Source of the DNA: Squalus acanthias
Lineage: Eukaryota
Length of the DNA: 64,000 nt
Assembly (NCBI GenBank): GCA_030390025.1
Contig: CM059433.1
Coordinates: 27,840,001-27,904,000 of the forward strand
Direction: 5' to 3'
Below are positions 12,720 through 25,095 of the stretch, one piece after another (position 1 is the first letter of the stretch; each line of letters starts with the position of its first letter). Below the pieces are notes generated by a model. It did no database searches. It was not told the DNA's origin and saw nothing but the letters and a program-made list of their open reading frames with translations. A program made the translations under genes and the position numbers.

Positions 12720-13085
12720 GAGTAAATGAGAAAACGTGACACTGGGAGTAAAGAGAGAGAAAGAGATAAAGAGTGAGAATGAGTGAGAGAAAAAGAGCAA
12801 GAAAGGAAGAAAAAGAAAAGTAAAGTGAGAAACAGAGGCACACATATGGAGTTGGTGCAGGAAGTGAGTCACAAGAAACACTGCTACGGTGAGAGAGAGT
12901 GCACATAGTGAGTGCATGGGGTGTGGGGGGGAGGGCGAGAGAGAGAGAGGCAGAAAGAGAGAGTCAGAGTGAGAGAGAGATGCAGAGAAAGAGTGAGAGT
13001 GAGAGGGAGGCAGAGCGAGAGAGGGAGGCAGAGCGAGAGAGGGAGGCAGAGCGAGAGAGAGAGAGAAAGAGAGGCGCAGAGAGAG
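12720..13085. repeat. (GA)n-rich low-complexity/microsatellite tract
   Basis: Purine-rich GA repeats, including three copies of an 18-bp gagagggaggcagagcga unit. Confidence 0.9.
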
Positions 13086-13349
13086 GCTTCAGCCTTTTCC
13101 ATTGTTTATTTAAAAAAGACTGGTTATGAATGCTGATAAACATTGAGATTTTATATAGAAGTTGCCAAGTAATGCTTGTGGATTTCTGCAGTTCCACTGC
13201 TTAATCAGACACACCCAATAGAATATGTGTGAAAACAAAATAATGTTGGAAATTGCTGACTCGTTGTCGAAGAAAATTCTCTTTAAAAAATAAACACGGC
13301 AGCAACGTGAAAAATATTCAACAGCAAAAATTAAATATTAGCCGCTCAC

Positions 13350-13516
13350 TTTTTCTTGGTCGCCTCTTCCAGTCCTTGAAAAGTCTGCGACAGAGTATTG
13401 ACTTTGTTGAGGATTTGCGTCTGTTCTTCAGCTGTAGTGCACCCCCCCAGCTCCTCAGCCAAGTGGTTTAATGAGTTCAGATCTTCCTTCTGATCCAATA
13501 GCTCAGCATTCATTTC
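13350..13516 (-). CDS. MACF1: Spectrin-repeat exon, 167 bp, phase 0-2 (EMNAELLDQKEDLNSLNHLAEEL...EEATKK)
   Basis: cag acceptor, AA|GTGAGC donor; manual translation is open. Not present in the ORF track. Confidence 0.88.
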
Positions 13517-14029
13517 CTGCAGCAAACAGAGCCACGATTACAACCAATACCTGCAGCAATACACTCGTCAGATAAACAGCACAGCTCCGCCCAATCACAA
13601 AACAGTCCGCACCACGTGCAGCGGGTGTCTTGGTGTTGACGTGATTTGCCTGCTAGAATCGGTGGGCGGTAAAACCAAAAAGGTAGGTAACCAACATATT
13701 TTTTTTAAATCTCACTTCGCAACGGCCTCTCCTAATTGTTACCCAGTTGCACCCAAAATCTCATCACTAAGGTAACCGCACTTGAACAAGAGGCGGAGCA
13801 GCTGATTGGAACTGCTCGAAGACCCGACTTTGCCTGAAATCAGCCAAGCTTTTTAAATGGGTAAGTACAGGCGAAGTAAGCGGTGCCCTTGTAATGAACT
13901 CCGATGGTACTGGCAAACGGCTAGTGTTATTTGCCCGATATAAGTGGCTGTCTGGTATAATCGTGGACTGTGTAAGTGGCGGAGACTGTATTCTGTATTA
14001 ATGGGAAAAACATTCATTTAGAAAGAAAA

Positions 14030-14670
14030 TGAACTTCCTTATTTTAATAGCGCCTTTGATGTTGAAAAATGACTCAAAGCGCTTCACAGTGGAGCAATCA
14101 AACAAAACGGACGCTGAGCCAATGGAGGATAAATTAGGAGAGCCGCCCAATAGCTTGGCCCAAGAGGCGAGTCTAAAAGGAGGAGAGAGGTGTGAAGGAG
14201 TTACGGGAGGAAACTCCACAGCGTGGGGCCTAGACGGCTGAAGGCACGACTGCCAAAGTTGGGCAAAAAGACTCAGGGGATGCAGAAGAGGCCAGAGTCA
14301 GAGGTACAGGGAGTTCGGGGAGGGTTGTGGGGCTGGAGGAGGTTATAAAGATATAGAGTAGCCTGAAGCCCTGAAAGGGTTTAAACACGAGGATGAGAAT
14401 TTTAACTCTGAGGCACTGGGAGACCAGGAGCCAATGTAGGTCAGCGAGGACAAGGATGATGGGCCAGGTAGGATATGAGCAGAGAGTTTTGGATGAGCTG
14501 AAGTTCAAGGAGGGTGGAGGATGGAAGGCCGCCAGGAGAAGATTGATATAGATGAGTGTGGAGATAACAAAGGCAGACATTAGGGTTTCAGCAGCAAATG
14601 GGCTGAGGTAATGACAGAGGCAGGCGATGTTACAGAGGTCCAAGATAGTAAAAGTTTTGCTAGCGGAGAT
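14030..14670 (-). mobile_element. Diverged L2 LINE 3' fragment
   Basis: AAETLMSAFVIS...LADLHWL...KILILVFK remnant in ORF 14230..14688. Confidence 0.8.
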
Positions 14671-15214
14671 GAGAGCGTTGTTAGGCAAATTGACTTCTGC
14701 AGAGGTATAATGGCAAATACAGGACCAAAGGCTAGGCAGCTGGGAGTTTGAAAGTTAATTTGTAATCAACTTGGGAGAGAGCTATTCCCAGAGGGGACTG
14801 CAGAAGTAAGTGGGTGGAGGGGAATACAATGAAGTGGTCAGAATCGCAATTATTCCTGTTGTGAAACCTGGTTACACACTGATCTAGTTATTCGATATCC
14901 TACAGAGCACTACGAGTATATTGGGATAAAAAAATGCATTTAATTAAAGCTGGGAAATATAGACACAGTCTCTGAATGAACCAGTGCAAGATTGTGCAGC
15001 CTCACCAATAAATATGTTTGCCATCAACCTGCTTCTGTACAAAATGCTAGGAGATGGCAGCAAGTGTATTAACTGGGACTAAAGCTTCCATCAACTACCT
15101 GGCACGCATCAAAAGATACATGACTTGCTGAAGTGGATATGTAGTAAATCATTTCCATGGATACAAGTCCAAAGCCAGCAAACTCCACTGCAGCAGTTAG
15201 CACAGAATCTGATA

Positions 15215-15490
15215 CCCGATTTCCCTCGCCCCACCACTGGCGGCCGTGCCTTCAGTTGCCTAGGCCCTAAGCTCTGGAATTCCCTCCCTAAACTTCTTCG
15301 CCTCTCTACCTCTCTCCTCCTCTTTAAGACGCTACTTAAAACTTACCTCTTTCACCAAGCTTTTGGTCAGCTGACCTAATGTCACTTTATGTGGCTCGGT
15401 GTCAAATTCTGTTTGATAATGCTCCTGTGAAGCGCCTTGGAACGTTTTACTATGTTAAAGGTGCTATATAAATGCAAGTTGTTGTTGTAG
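15215..15490 (+). mobile_element. L2 LINE 3' end
   Basis: GGRAFSCLGPKLWNSLP...FKTLLKTYLF and a (GTT)n tail. Confidence 0.85.
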
Positions 15491-16390
15491 TAGACTTGTT
15501 TGAAACGGAGAATACACTTCCCAAATTCCAATAAATGCCCACCCTCCACATCTCCACTGCACCCTCCAGTGACTGAGAGCTCAATGTGTCAAATGGTGTG
15601 GTATGACAGTAGGAGTTCTCCCCGGCTAACATTTATCCCTCAACTAACATTATTATTATTATTTTTTTTTTTAAACTGGTCATTCTCACATTGCTATTTG
15701 TGGCTGTCGTGTTTCCCTACATTACAACAGTGACTACACTTCAAAATCACTCCACTGGCTGTAAATCGCTTTGAGACATCTTGAGGTTATGAAAGGTGCA
15801 TTAGATAAGTTCTTTTTGTTTTTCAATTAGATCAAAGCAGTGGACTAATCCTTCCAAGCCGACATGGCTGGCTCACTCAATCATTAGTATGGTTCTTGCA
15901 TTAGCAATGCAAGCTCTTTCTTTGTATTGTTCTAGAGAAGAACAGCAACAAGAGGAGCTGTCCTTTTCTTGCCGACCAGAATGACGGATCCGCTCCAGTT
16001 TTGGGAAACCAGACTCCGAAGATGTCAGGAACCTGCTGGGTCTCTCTGCTTCAAAGTCCCATTATATGGCTGCTTATCCAGTCAATTTACATCTTTGGCT
16101 ATCCCCACAATTTTAAGCAAACTATAACTACAAAGCATTGTTTAAGGGAATTGTAGATCTGGAACTGGAGTTCACTTCCTTTGTTATGGACCTGAGTAAT
16201 CTAGTTATTTTACTCCTTCCCCTAAATTTCTCTCCTTACTTGTTCTATCAATTTCTTCCCTTTCTGTTTATCAATTAGAACACCAGCGGAGGGGGAAATC
16301 CTTCCCAAATTATATGGCTGGCTCAATCACCGGTGTGGCTCAATCAATCAATCACCCGCATGGTTCAATCAATTAATCACAAGTATGGCT

Positions 16391-16670
16391 CAATCACTCG
16401 TGAGATTCACTCAATCACTCGTGAGATTCACTCAATCACTCGTGAGATTCACTCAATCACTCGTGAGATTCACTCGTGAGATTCACTCAATCACTCGTGA
16501 GATTCACTCGTGAGATTCACTCAATCACTCGTGAGATTCACTCGTGAGATTCACTCAATCACTCGTGAGATTCACTCGTGAGATTCACTCAATCACTCGT
16601 GTGATTCACTCAATCACTCGTGAGATTCACTCGTGACATTCACTCAATCACTCGTGTGATTCACTCAATC
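16391..16670. repeat. Compound minisatellite of 21-bp (caatcactcgtgagattcact) and 13-bp (cgtgagattcact) units
   Basis: About ten 21-mers and five 13-mers read directly; degenerate caatca-containing flanks. Confidence 0.95.
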
Positions 16671-17229
16671 AATTAGTCATATGCTTCAATCAATCAGTCG
16701 TATGGTTCAATCACTAGTGAACACTGTGTTGCTAAAAGTAGGTCACTTCCCATTGGCCCAGTATTTAATCCACTCATTTTGGGTGGAAAAATGAGGAAGA
16801 CTGTTGGGATCTAAAGGACACAGATTGAAGCATCAGTGAAAGTTGGGTTTAAACTCTCATTACTCGATATACAAGAGAGTTTGTAACCTTTGCTGTGCTA
16901 TTAGCTGATGAGCACCTCGGAAGCTAGCTCAAGATTGGAACCCGATCCCCTCAGGTGCTGTGTTTCCCGCTGTATTTTCAAAAATGGATCCAAAGGGAAG
17001 TCTTTGAGCTGTATGGCAGCGAGTTACAAATGCTACTGGAACTCTCTGGTATGGAATTGGAGGACAGTTTGCAGTCAAGGAGGAAGCCAGTGTCTTGAAC
17101 ACTAAAGCCATTCTCAGTGTTCGAATTCTAGGATATTAATCTGGACTGTTCCGCTAATGTTGGGCATCGTTTATACAAACCACTACTTAGAGATGAACTG
17201 GAAGGCACAAGGAGGTATTTTTGCTCAAC

Positions 17230-17715
17230 CTTTATAAATCACTGGTTGGGCCTTAGCTGGAGTTTCTGTCCATTTCTGGCCAGGATGTCAAGGCCTTGGA
17301 GAGGGTGCAGAGGAGATTTACTAGAATGGTACCAGGGATGAAGGACTTCAGTTATGTGGAGAGACTGGAGAAGAGTAGAGAAGGTTAAGTGGAGATTTGA
17401 TAGAGGTGTTGAAAATCATGAACGATTTTGATAGAATAAATAAGCAGAAACTGTTGCCAGTGGCAGAAGGGTCAGTAACCAAAGGACACAGATTTAAGGT
17501 AATTGGCAAAAGAGCCAGAGGTGAGATGAAAAGTTTTTTTGTTACGCAGCGAATGATGATGATCTGCCTGAAAGGGCGGTGGAAGCAAATTCAATAGTAA
17601 CTTTGCAGGGTTATGGGGAAGAGCAGGGGAGTGGGACTAACTGGATAGCTCTTTCAAAGAGCCGGCACAGGCACAATGGGCCAAATGGCCTCCTTTTATG
17701 GTGTAAGATTCTATA
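17230..17715 (+). mobile_element. CR1 LINE 3' fragment
   Basis: ALERVQRRFTRM / IEVLKIM / KGHRFKV remnants plus 3' UTR. Confidence 0.85.
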
Positions 17716-18052
17716 AACAGACAGAGTCACTGAAAGGGAAAGCTTGATTGTAGTTTACACAATGCTTGAAGCCAAGACTTGGCATGAACTTGGCCAAGTA
17801 GTAACAGCAAACAAGCCATGCTGATTACAAGCCAAAAAGTAATACTGTTTAGGTCATTTTATTTTTCTTCACTTGCCAGATCAGTGTATTTCCAATTGAG
17901 TGATGGAAGTGAAACAAAGAAGAGATGGCATGTGGCCACCACAGAGGGTCAAGGAAAGGACATCAAGGGTAGGCACTGTGCAACTTCTCACCCACAGTAT
18001 GTGCTGAGAAACCGTTCAAGAAAATCAATTTCAGAGATTTCTCTCACTAGGG

Positions 18053-18327
18053 TAGGGTTGCCAACCCTCCAGGATTGTCCTGCTGTCTCCAGGAATTAAA
18101 AATTAATCTCCAGGGCACCTCTGCGAGCAACCCAGGAGAAAAGCCATAGGGGCAGTAAAAAAAACCTGTGTGTTTCTTTTCATTTTGTTGGAACACTTTT
18201 ATTTATTGGAGATCCGGGGGGGGGGGGGGGGGGGGGGAGAAGCTGTTTGATTGGCTGGTGCAGAAGAAGTTGGGAGGTCATGTGATGAAACCTCCAGGAA
18301 TACATCCAACCAGAGTTGGCAACCCTA
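18053..18327 (+). mobile_element. Non-autonomous hAT-like DNA transposon (MITE), 275 bp
   Basis: Perfect 13-bp TIR (tagggttgccaac / gttggcaacccta); 8-bp flanks cactaggg and ctctaggg match 7/8. Confidence 0.85.
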
Positions 18328-19821
18328 CTCTAGGGGGGTGGGAGAAAGGGAAGTAGATCAAGAAGTTGGTCAGTTGCTGCAGTTATAGAAGATGAATTCA
18401 TGGATGGAACAAATAAAGCAAGAAATTTTTAGTTGTGAAGGGGGGCGGGAAAGAAAGGGTTCAGGTATTTTGGAGACCACAATCAAGGAAATAAACCCCA
18501 GTAAATTGTTGATGTCGAATGATTGTTCCTGTGACTAGGACACTTGATCTAATCTGTAAACAGACGAGTGAAGAGAAGGAGCTCACTCATCTGCCAAGAG
18601 AATTTCCTTTACGCTCCAGTCATACACCAGCTCAAAGGCCAGCAGCAAACCCACCAAGAAAACCTCCCCAACAGCCACGGGTTTACTGTATTAGAGCGAA
18701 AGCCTCAATGTGTGGACTTTACTAAAATAAATTAGTTCGGAAAAAAAAAAATTCAGATTCGCATTAACATTCTTCGGGCTTTTTTTATTCTCCATCCCTT
18801 TCTGCCGATTTTTTTTTTGGTCATGAACAGCAAGCGCTGAAATCATCTGTCTTGAAGGGATTACTGAGGCTGACTGTGGGAGCTTAAATCATCATCAGAG
18901 ATGGCATTATAAACTTGATAATTCAGCATCAACTTTTTATATTAATCCAACTCTCCTGCACGGTCAGGTTGAGTAACCCTTTCAAGTCACTCAAAACAAA
19001 ACAAAAAATATTCCCCACCTTCCAAAAATGACAACTTTATTCTTCAATCTTTAATACAGATCCTAATGTTGAGCCTCCCTTTTTAAGCATTCTATTATTT
19101 GTCTTAATTAAACAATATAGAGGTAGATTGTTACTGGAGCTCTGAAGTGATACATGGCACCCAGCACCAAATGGGAACCAACCCCCAAAGGTATCCTGTC
19201 TGATGGTGCCCCACCTCTAGTTCAGATGACATCAGATACTGCTGATTCACATCACATCAAGAGCATACACAAATCATCAAGTAGACAAGATGCCAAGGTT
19301 GGCTTTCTATCACGTAGGAACATAGGAACGACGAGACAAATAAAGACCAAGGTCCATCTAGCTCCCCTTCTACCATCCTGGTAGTCGCCTGATACAACAA
19401 TAATGGAGTTGTTGGCTAATAATAGCAATCAATCTCTATCAATTAGTCTACAACAGACCCAGACATGAGGCGAGGAAAACCACAGGTGATGATTTTGCCT
19501 TTTTACCAATTTTAAACAGCTGATGAATTTTTAAAAACTACATTTTTTGAGTAAAAAGACTAAGTTATTTTTGTAAAAAGACTTCATTAAAAGGAAGATC
19601 TTCGTGGAACATGTATCAGTTTCTTTGTTCTGTCACCTGACCAATAGCCTCACACACGAAAGTTTGGTTATCTTTATACAAATGAAATGTACTCTTGAAT
19701 GGGACTCCATGATTTTACATATGACAAGACATTGTCAGACTATTATTGTAGTGGCAATTCCTCAGTTGTATAAAATGACAGCCCCCTCTCGCCATGCGTG
19801 TACAAATGAACACTCGTCTAC

Positions 19822-20139
19822 CTGCATGTGCTGCGAGAGTTCAGTGACATCTTTTCCTGGTCCATCAATTTCAGAGAGAGACTGAGATTTTTTGGTAACG
19901 AACTGCTCGATTTTTTGGAAAGTCTTCTCAAAAAGCTCTACTTTGGCTCCGAGTTTTTCCAGTCTGACTGCTCTTTCTTTGTGTCGGCCGCTGGCTGAAG
20001 CAAATCGTTTGGCGAGTTCGTCCACCTTGGCTTGTAACGCAGAGGCAGTGGACGGATCTGCTGTTGCAATGAACTTGTTGGCCTTCTCTTTAATCGCACT
20101 GATACTGCTTTGGCGACTGGCAATGTTCTGTTCTAGCGC
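19822..20139 (-). CDS. MACF1: Spectrin-repeat exon, 318 bp, phase 0-0 (ALEQNIASRQSSI...PGKDVTELSQHMQ)
   Basis: cag acceptor, CAG|GTAGAC donor, open frame. Confidence 0.93.
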
Positions 20140-20529
20140 CTGACGAAAATGTGAACCAATGTTTAGTTATACGACTATAAATCATAATGAGTGTTTACAA
20201 TTGGCTTTCATTAGTCCATTAAGCAGTAAGCACAGTCGGCAACACAATGCTGTTCCAGCCACAGGGAACCTGACCATCATTGTATAAATAAAGGTGGTTA
20301 TACCATATGTGCTTCACATAACAAGTACAGGATCATCATGGAAAACAAAATTCCATTGAAAGGAACGATTGGGGAAATAAAAGATTTGGTCTACATTATG
20401 ATTCATTTCGCACAGCTAATATCACCAATCTCAAGAAGGACCCCGTTCTTCTGAGCGTTCTCTGTGAAGTTTACTCCTTTGGGGGTTTATTAGGAATTTC
20501 CAAAAGAGTTTCCATATTAATGTAGTATT

Positions 20530-20735
20530 CCACTACATTTCTTCACACAAAGGGTAGTGGAAATCTGGAACTCTCTTCCCCCCAAAATGCTGTTGAGGCT
20601 GGGGGTCAATTGAAAATTTCAAAACTAAGATTGATAGATTTTTGCTAGGTAAGGGTATTAAGGGTTACGGAACCAAGGCGGATAAGATGGAGTTAAGATA
20701 CAGATCAGCCATGATCTAATTGTATGATGGAGCAT
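20530..20735 (+). mobile_element. CR1 3' end fragment
   Basis: ttcttcacacaaagggtagtggaaatctggaactc... shared with the copies at 2868, 47570 and 59703. Confidence 0.8.
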
Positions 20736-21855
20736 TCTCTTGATGAACAGGGCAACCAAAATTATTTTCAGACACAAGCTATTGGTTACCAGCTTGATCC
20801 CTCAAAAGCATCCCAAAGAGTGCGAGCAGGTTGTAAAGATAACCAAGCACACCTTTGTAAAAGGAATAAATAGAGGACTTATGCCATAACTTTCAGGTCT
20901 AATATCCACCATGATTTCTCATAAGAAATGACCATAACAAAGTCAGCTGCCAACATCAACACCTGAATCAAAAATATTCTTTAAGACAGGAATTTCATAT
21001 TTCATGTCCAACAGTTTAATAATTTACAGCATTTTAGTATGGTGCTAAATTCTAAATGAACAAAATTATACATAAGCTCAAAGCAAGACTGTCTCTTCAT
21101 TTAAAAAACATAAAATTGAAAGTAATTTTTTTTTTTTAATTCAGTCATCCTGGAGGTGCAAGGCAAATCCTCCACTCTTACAGACCATGAGGGCATTCCC
21201 GGTTTAACTCCTAGTCTGTGCGGAGTTATTTGACCAAAGCTGGGAGCCAAGGCGGTGGGAGTGGGGGTACAACAGACTGCAGTACCACTGGGTCATGGAA
21301 GAAAAAAAAAAGTCAGCCAGGGTTTCCACTCCTGATTGCTTTACGGCACCCACTACAGGATATGGATGTGTGGGTGTGCCAGGCCAAGGCAGGACTGGGC
21401 TCCGCTGTGAGGTCTTCCACAGTAGGATAGCTCGCTGACACTCATCAAGTGATGGAGCTAAGGCCTTTAGAAGAGGTGAGGGGAAGAAAATGCAGACTGA
21501 TATTCATAATTTGAAGTTTTAATTTTGATCCCTGCAGTTTAAAGTCTTAAATATTACCATGATTCTCTACTCAAGAGTTTTGTCAAGTGGAAAGGTTCAG
21601 TACTTGTCCTGGGAAGACCACCCTAATCATTTTTGTTCTCGTTTATTTATGATTAATGAATGTTTGGAACTTTTTATTTTCAATTTAAATTTCTGCCATA
21701 AAATTATTCGAGCATATCACATGTACACACCGAGCAACAATGAAATATTCTCCAGTGATTAGAGTCAAAAGATGAACACTGTTAAATGCCTCGTGGCTGA
21801 TGAATCATTTTTGCAAGTGGGTACCATATTTCATTTTTAAGACGTGTCTACTCAC

Positions 21856-22064
21856 TGCGTTTTTACTGAAGGCCTCTTGAATGGCAGCAGAATTCAAAGG
21901 CGTCTCCTCTTCATCCTCTAGGCTCTTTTCAACACTTGCCATCCAATCAAGCATTTCATCCAAACCATCCTGAACGCTCAGGGACCGCGTGAGTGTCATC
22001 CGCAGCCTCTCATTGCGGTCATTGGCCGACTTGGATAGATTCTCGTATCTCAGCACAACATCAT
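21856..22064 (-). CDS. MACF1: Spectrin-repeat exon, 209 bp, phase 1-0 ([12 protein letters not shown]...[17 protein letters not shown]...SKNA)
   Basis: tag acceptor, GCA|GTGAGT donor; phase matches the previous exon. Confidence 0.93.
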
Positions 22065-22261
22065 CTATTAAGAGGCAAACATTGCTAAGTCCCATGCCAT
22101 ATTATTGTCCCCACTCACTATTACTTATCCGTGAAGCCCACACAGCTGCAAGTTTCAATTCTCGTCAAAATATCATCCAATCAAAACAACTCCACAAGTG
22201 ATTTAAAACAGACTGCCTGGATTTTTACAAATACATATCAATAGTTAACGTCCAATTCCAA

Positions 22262-22540
22262 TCTCTTGGGCATCCCCGATTTTCATCGCCCCACCATTGG
22301 TGTCCGTGCCTTCAGCTGCCTCGGCCCTAAGCTCTGGAATTCTCTCCCTAAACCTCTCCACCTCTCTCTCCTCCTTTAAGACACTCCTTAAAACCTACCA
22401 CTGTGTCGTCCAAGCTTTTGGTCACCTGTCCGAACATCTCATGTGGCCGGTGTCAAATTTTGTCTGATAACGCTCCTGTGAAGCGCCTTGGGACGTTTTA
22501 CTACGTTAAATGCGCTACAATAAATGCAAGTTGCTGTTGT
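22262..22540 (+). mobile_element. L2 LINE 3' end
   Basis: Same 3' sequence and tail as the copies at 9999 and 15215. Confidence 0.85.
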
Positions 22541-22553
22541 CTTGTCCTCTTCA

Positions 22554-22716
22554 GGGGAGATTTTCCTGGGTCTGGATTACCGAGAATATCAGAATAGCAC
22601 GTCTGTAAAGGAACCCACCCAGTTTTCCTTCTATTCAAATGAATGAAGGAAAATCAAGCGGGTTCCTTGACAAGCCAAATTTTCAATATCCGTTGTGCTT
22701 CCGCAATCCAGTTCCC
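22554..22716. repeat. Imperfect palindrome of about 160 bp (foldback MITE-like)
   Basis: Nested complementary pairs ctggatt/aatccag, aaggaaccc/gggttcctt and ttttccttc/gaaggaaaa around a centre near 22637. Confidence 0.65.
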
Positions 22717-23084
22717 GACGGATCAACATTGCAGCTTTTCCATATTGGATTGACTGGAAGGACTTGGGGTGACAGTTCCATGAAGGAAACAAATATTTCT
22801 TTTTAATGAGGGGAGCATAGCTCTCACGTTGAAACTATTTTCACTTGTAGTTCTACACATTTTCCATAAGGCAAATGCTGGGCAGGCAACTTCTATCACT
22901 CTCCCCCGCCCTCCTCCTTTCTCACCACCATTTCCTTTCAACTCCTCTGCCATAGCAGCACGATTTGGAGTCTGCATGCAATATGATAACTGTAAATGAT
23001 AATGATCATCGCATCACTCCAACCTTCAGTAATTTTCCCATTGGTTTGTAAAGTGGTTGCATGTTAAGAGCAAAGAAATAAATT

Positions 23085-23470
23085 AAGAACTTGCATTTAT
23101 TTAGCGCATTTCATGACCTCAGGACCTCCCAAACTGCTTTACACTCAATGAAGTATTTTTGAAATATAGTCACTGTAGGAAACGCGGCAGTTTGCGAAAA
23201 GCAAGCTCCCAGAAACAGCAATGAGATGTCAGTTGAGGTATAAAATTTGGCCAGGACACCGGGGAGAACGCCCCTGATCTTGTTCAAATACCACCGTGGG
23301 ATCTTTTACGTCCACCTGAGAGGGCAGACGGCACCTCCGACAGTGCAACACTCACTCAGCACCGCACTGGAGGGTCGGCCTAAATGTTGTGCTCAAAGTC
23401 TCTGAAGTGAAACTTGAACCCACAACCTTCTGACTCAGAGGAGAAAGTGCTATCCACTGAGCCACAGCGG
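23085..23470 (-). mobile_element. SacSINE1/DeuSINE-like tRNA-derived SINE
   Basis: Reverse complement of the family at 40470-40930, with head (ggctcagtggatagcact...ggttcaag) and L2-like tail. Confidence 0.8.
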
Positions 23471-24700
23471 ACATCCAGGGCAAAAAGGTACAGAGGAAAG
23501 TTAAATCATCCATCTTTGGCAAGGTCCAACCCGTGCTTTGAATGCTCTTCAAAGACATTTGCTCGGAGCTTCAACAGAACCACACGACTTTCCTCCAATC
23601 CCACGCTGTGCAAGCACCACAACTCCAGACCAATTCTTCCCTTTTAGAGGAAGTCTAAACAGTAAGCTTGGCTTGCACAGCTAAAACCATTTTAAAAACA
23701 ATTCGGCCAACTCTAGCAATTGCGTTCCTCTGACTCTGGCTCCCGGTCCTCCAATGTCTCCAATTTAAAATTCTCATCATCATAGACTTCAATGGAAAGG
23801 AAAAATCATGCGGGATGTATAATAGTCGGCCATTAGGCCCCTTGAGCCTGTTCTGCCATTGAGTTCTGTAACTCAACCCTATTTACCCGCCTTTGCTCCA
23901 TATCTCTCGATACCGTTAACCAACAACAATCTATTGATCTGAAGTCTTGAAAGGGACCCCCAGCATCCACAGGCTTTTGGGGAGGGAGAGTTCCAGATGT
24001 CTACTACCCTTTAAATAAAGAAGTGCTTCCTGGGGCAATGTTGCCGGCAATGGCATGATGGCCAAATTGCCTCCTTCTGTGCTGTATCATTTTATGACTA
24101 AAGACAGGTGGGCGATCCACTATTGCCCATTTTACCTCACTGCCGAAAGTTAAAATCAGCTCAATAAGGAAAAAATGCTTTAGATTGTGCACATGATTAA
24201 GATTTCATTCTGACATTAAGGTAGGCAAAAAGATTGATCTTTCAGGGATGTTTTGATAAACTTGGGACACCAGGGGCTGTTCTCCTGTGGATTTTCTATC
24301 TCCAGGGAGTTACTAAGTTGAATTGCCAACTAGTATGGAGCTTGCTTTGAAGCTCCAATGGAACAAATATTGGAGATAAAGAAAGGCTGTTTGAACATCA
24401 AGGTCTGTAGCCTTCAATTGATCAAATAATCCTCTCTCTCTCTCAGCAGTCTAGCTACTACTAGTGATTAGAATGTGGAAATTGCTACCACATAGAGTGG
24501 TTCATGCGAATAGCATAGATGCATTTAAGGGGAAGATAAACATATGAGGGAGAAAGGAATAGAAGGTTAGATGAAGAGGGTTGGGAGGAGGCTCGTGTGG
24601 AGCATAAACGCTGGCATTGACCAGTTGGGTCGAATGGCCTGTTTCTGTGCTGTAAATTCTATGTAACTATGCGCTAATGTATTTGATCTGATAAACATAC

Positions 24701-24824
24701 CCAGATTATCTTGGATTTCATCGCGGTTCAATAGGAGATCGCCAGCGGTGCCCATAAGTGCATCAACGGCTTTCCTCAGCTTCTCAACAACACTTTGATG
24801 TCCAGACATCTGATCCTGCAGAGC
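24701..24824 (-). CDS. MACF1: Spectrin-repeat exon, 124 bp, phase 0-1 (ALQDQMSGHQSVVEKL...IQDNL)
   Basis: cag acceptor after a 94-bp intron; G|GTATGT donor. Confidence 0.9.
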
Positions 24825-24918
24825 CTGTTCACAGTAAAAAAAAACACTATTCGTACGATGAGACGCAACAACACTAGAAAAATCGAAACAAATTATTGGA
24901 GAATTCATAGGTTTTGAC

Positions 24919-25095
24919 CTTGGCTTGCTCCAGCTGCTTCTGAAGGTTTTTGGGATCTGCAGCAATGGCCTCGGTCAACTGGGTTTTTGTAGCTTCCTCG
25001 GTAGCTTGAAGCCATGGTAAAAGCCCGGATGAGATTTCTTGGTATTGGCTGTACTTATCCACCACATCTTTGAGATTTTTACCCAACAGATTGCA
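24919..25095 (-). CDS. MACF1: Spectrin-repeat exon, 177 bp, phase 0-0 (CNLLGKNLKDVVDKY...QLEQAK)
   Basis: C-rich tract and cag acceptor, AAG|GTCAAA donor. Confidence 0.9.

Noticed and set aside
12314..13197. Cluster of overlapping ORFs rich in SL or RE
   Set aside because: These are translations of GA/TC microsatellite sequence.
16391..16670. CRISPR-like array
   Set aside because: Units are directly tandem with no unique spacers, there are no cas genes, and the context is a vertebrate intron; it is a minisatellite.
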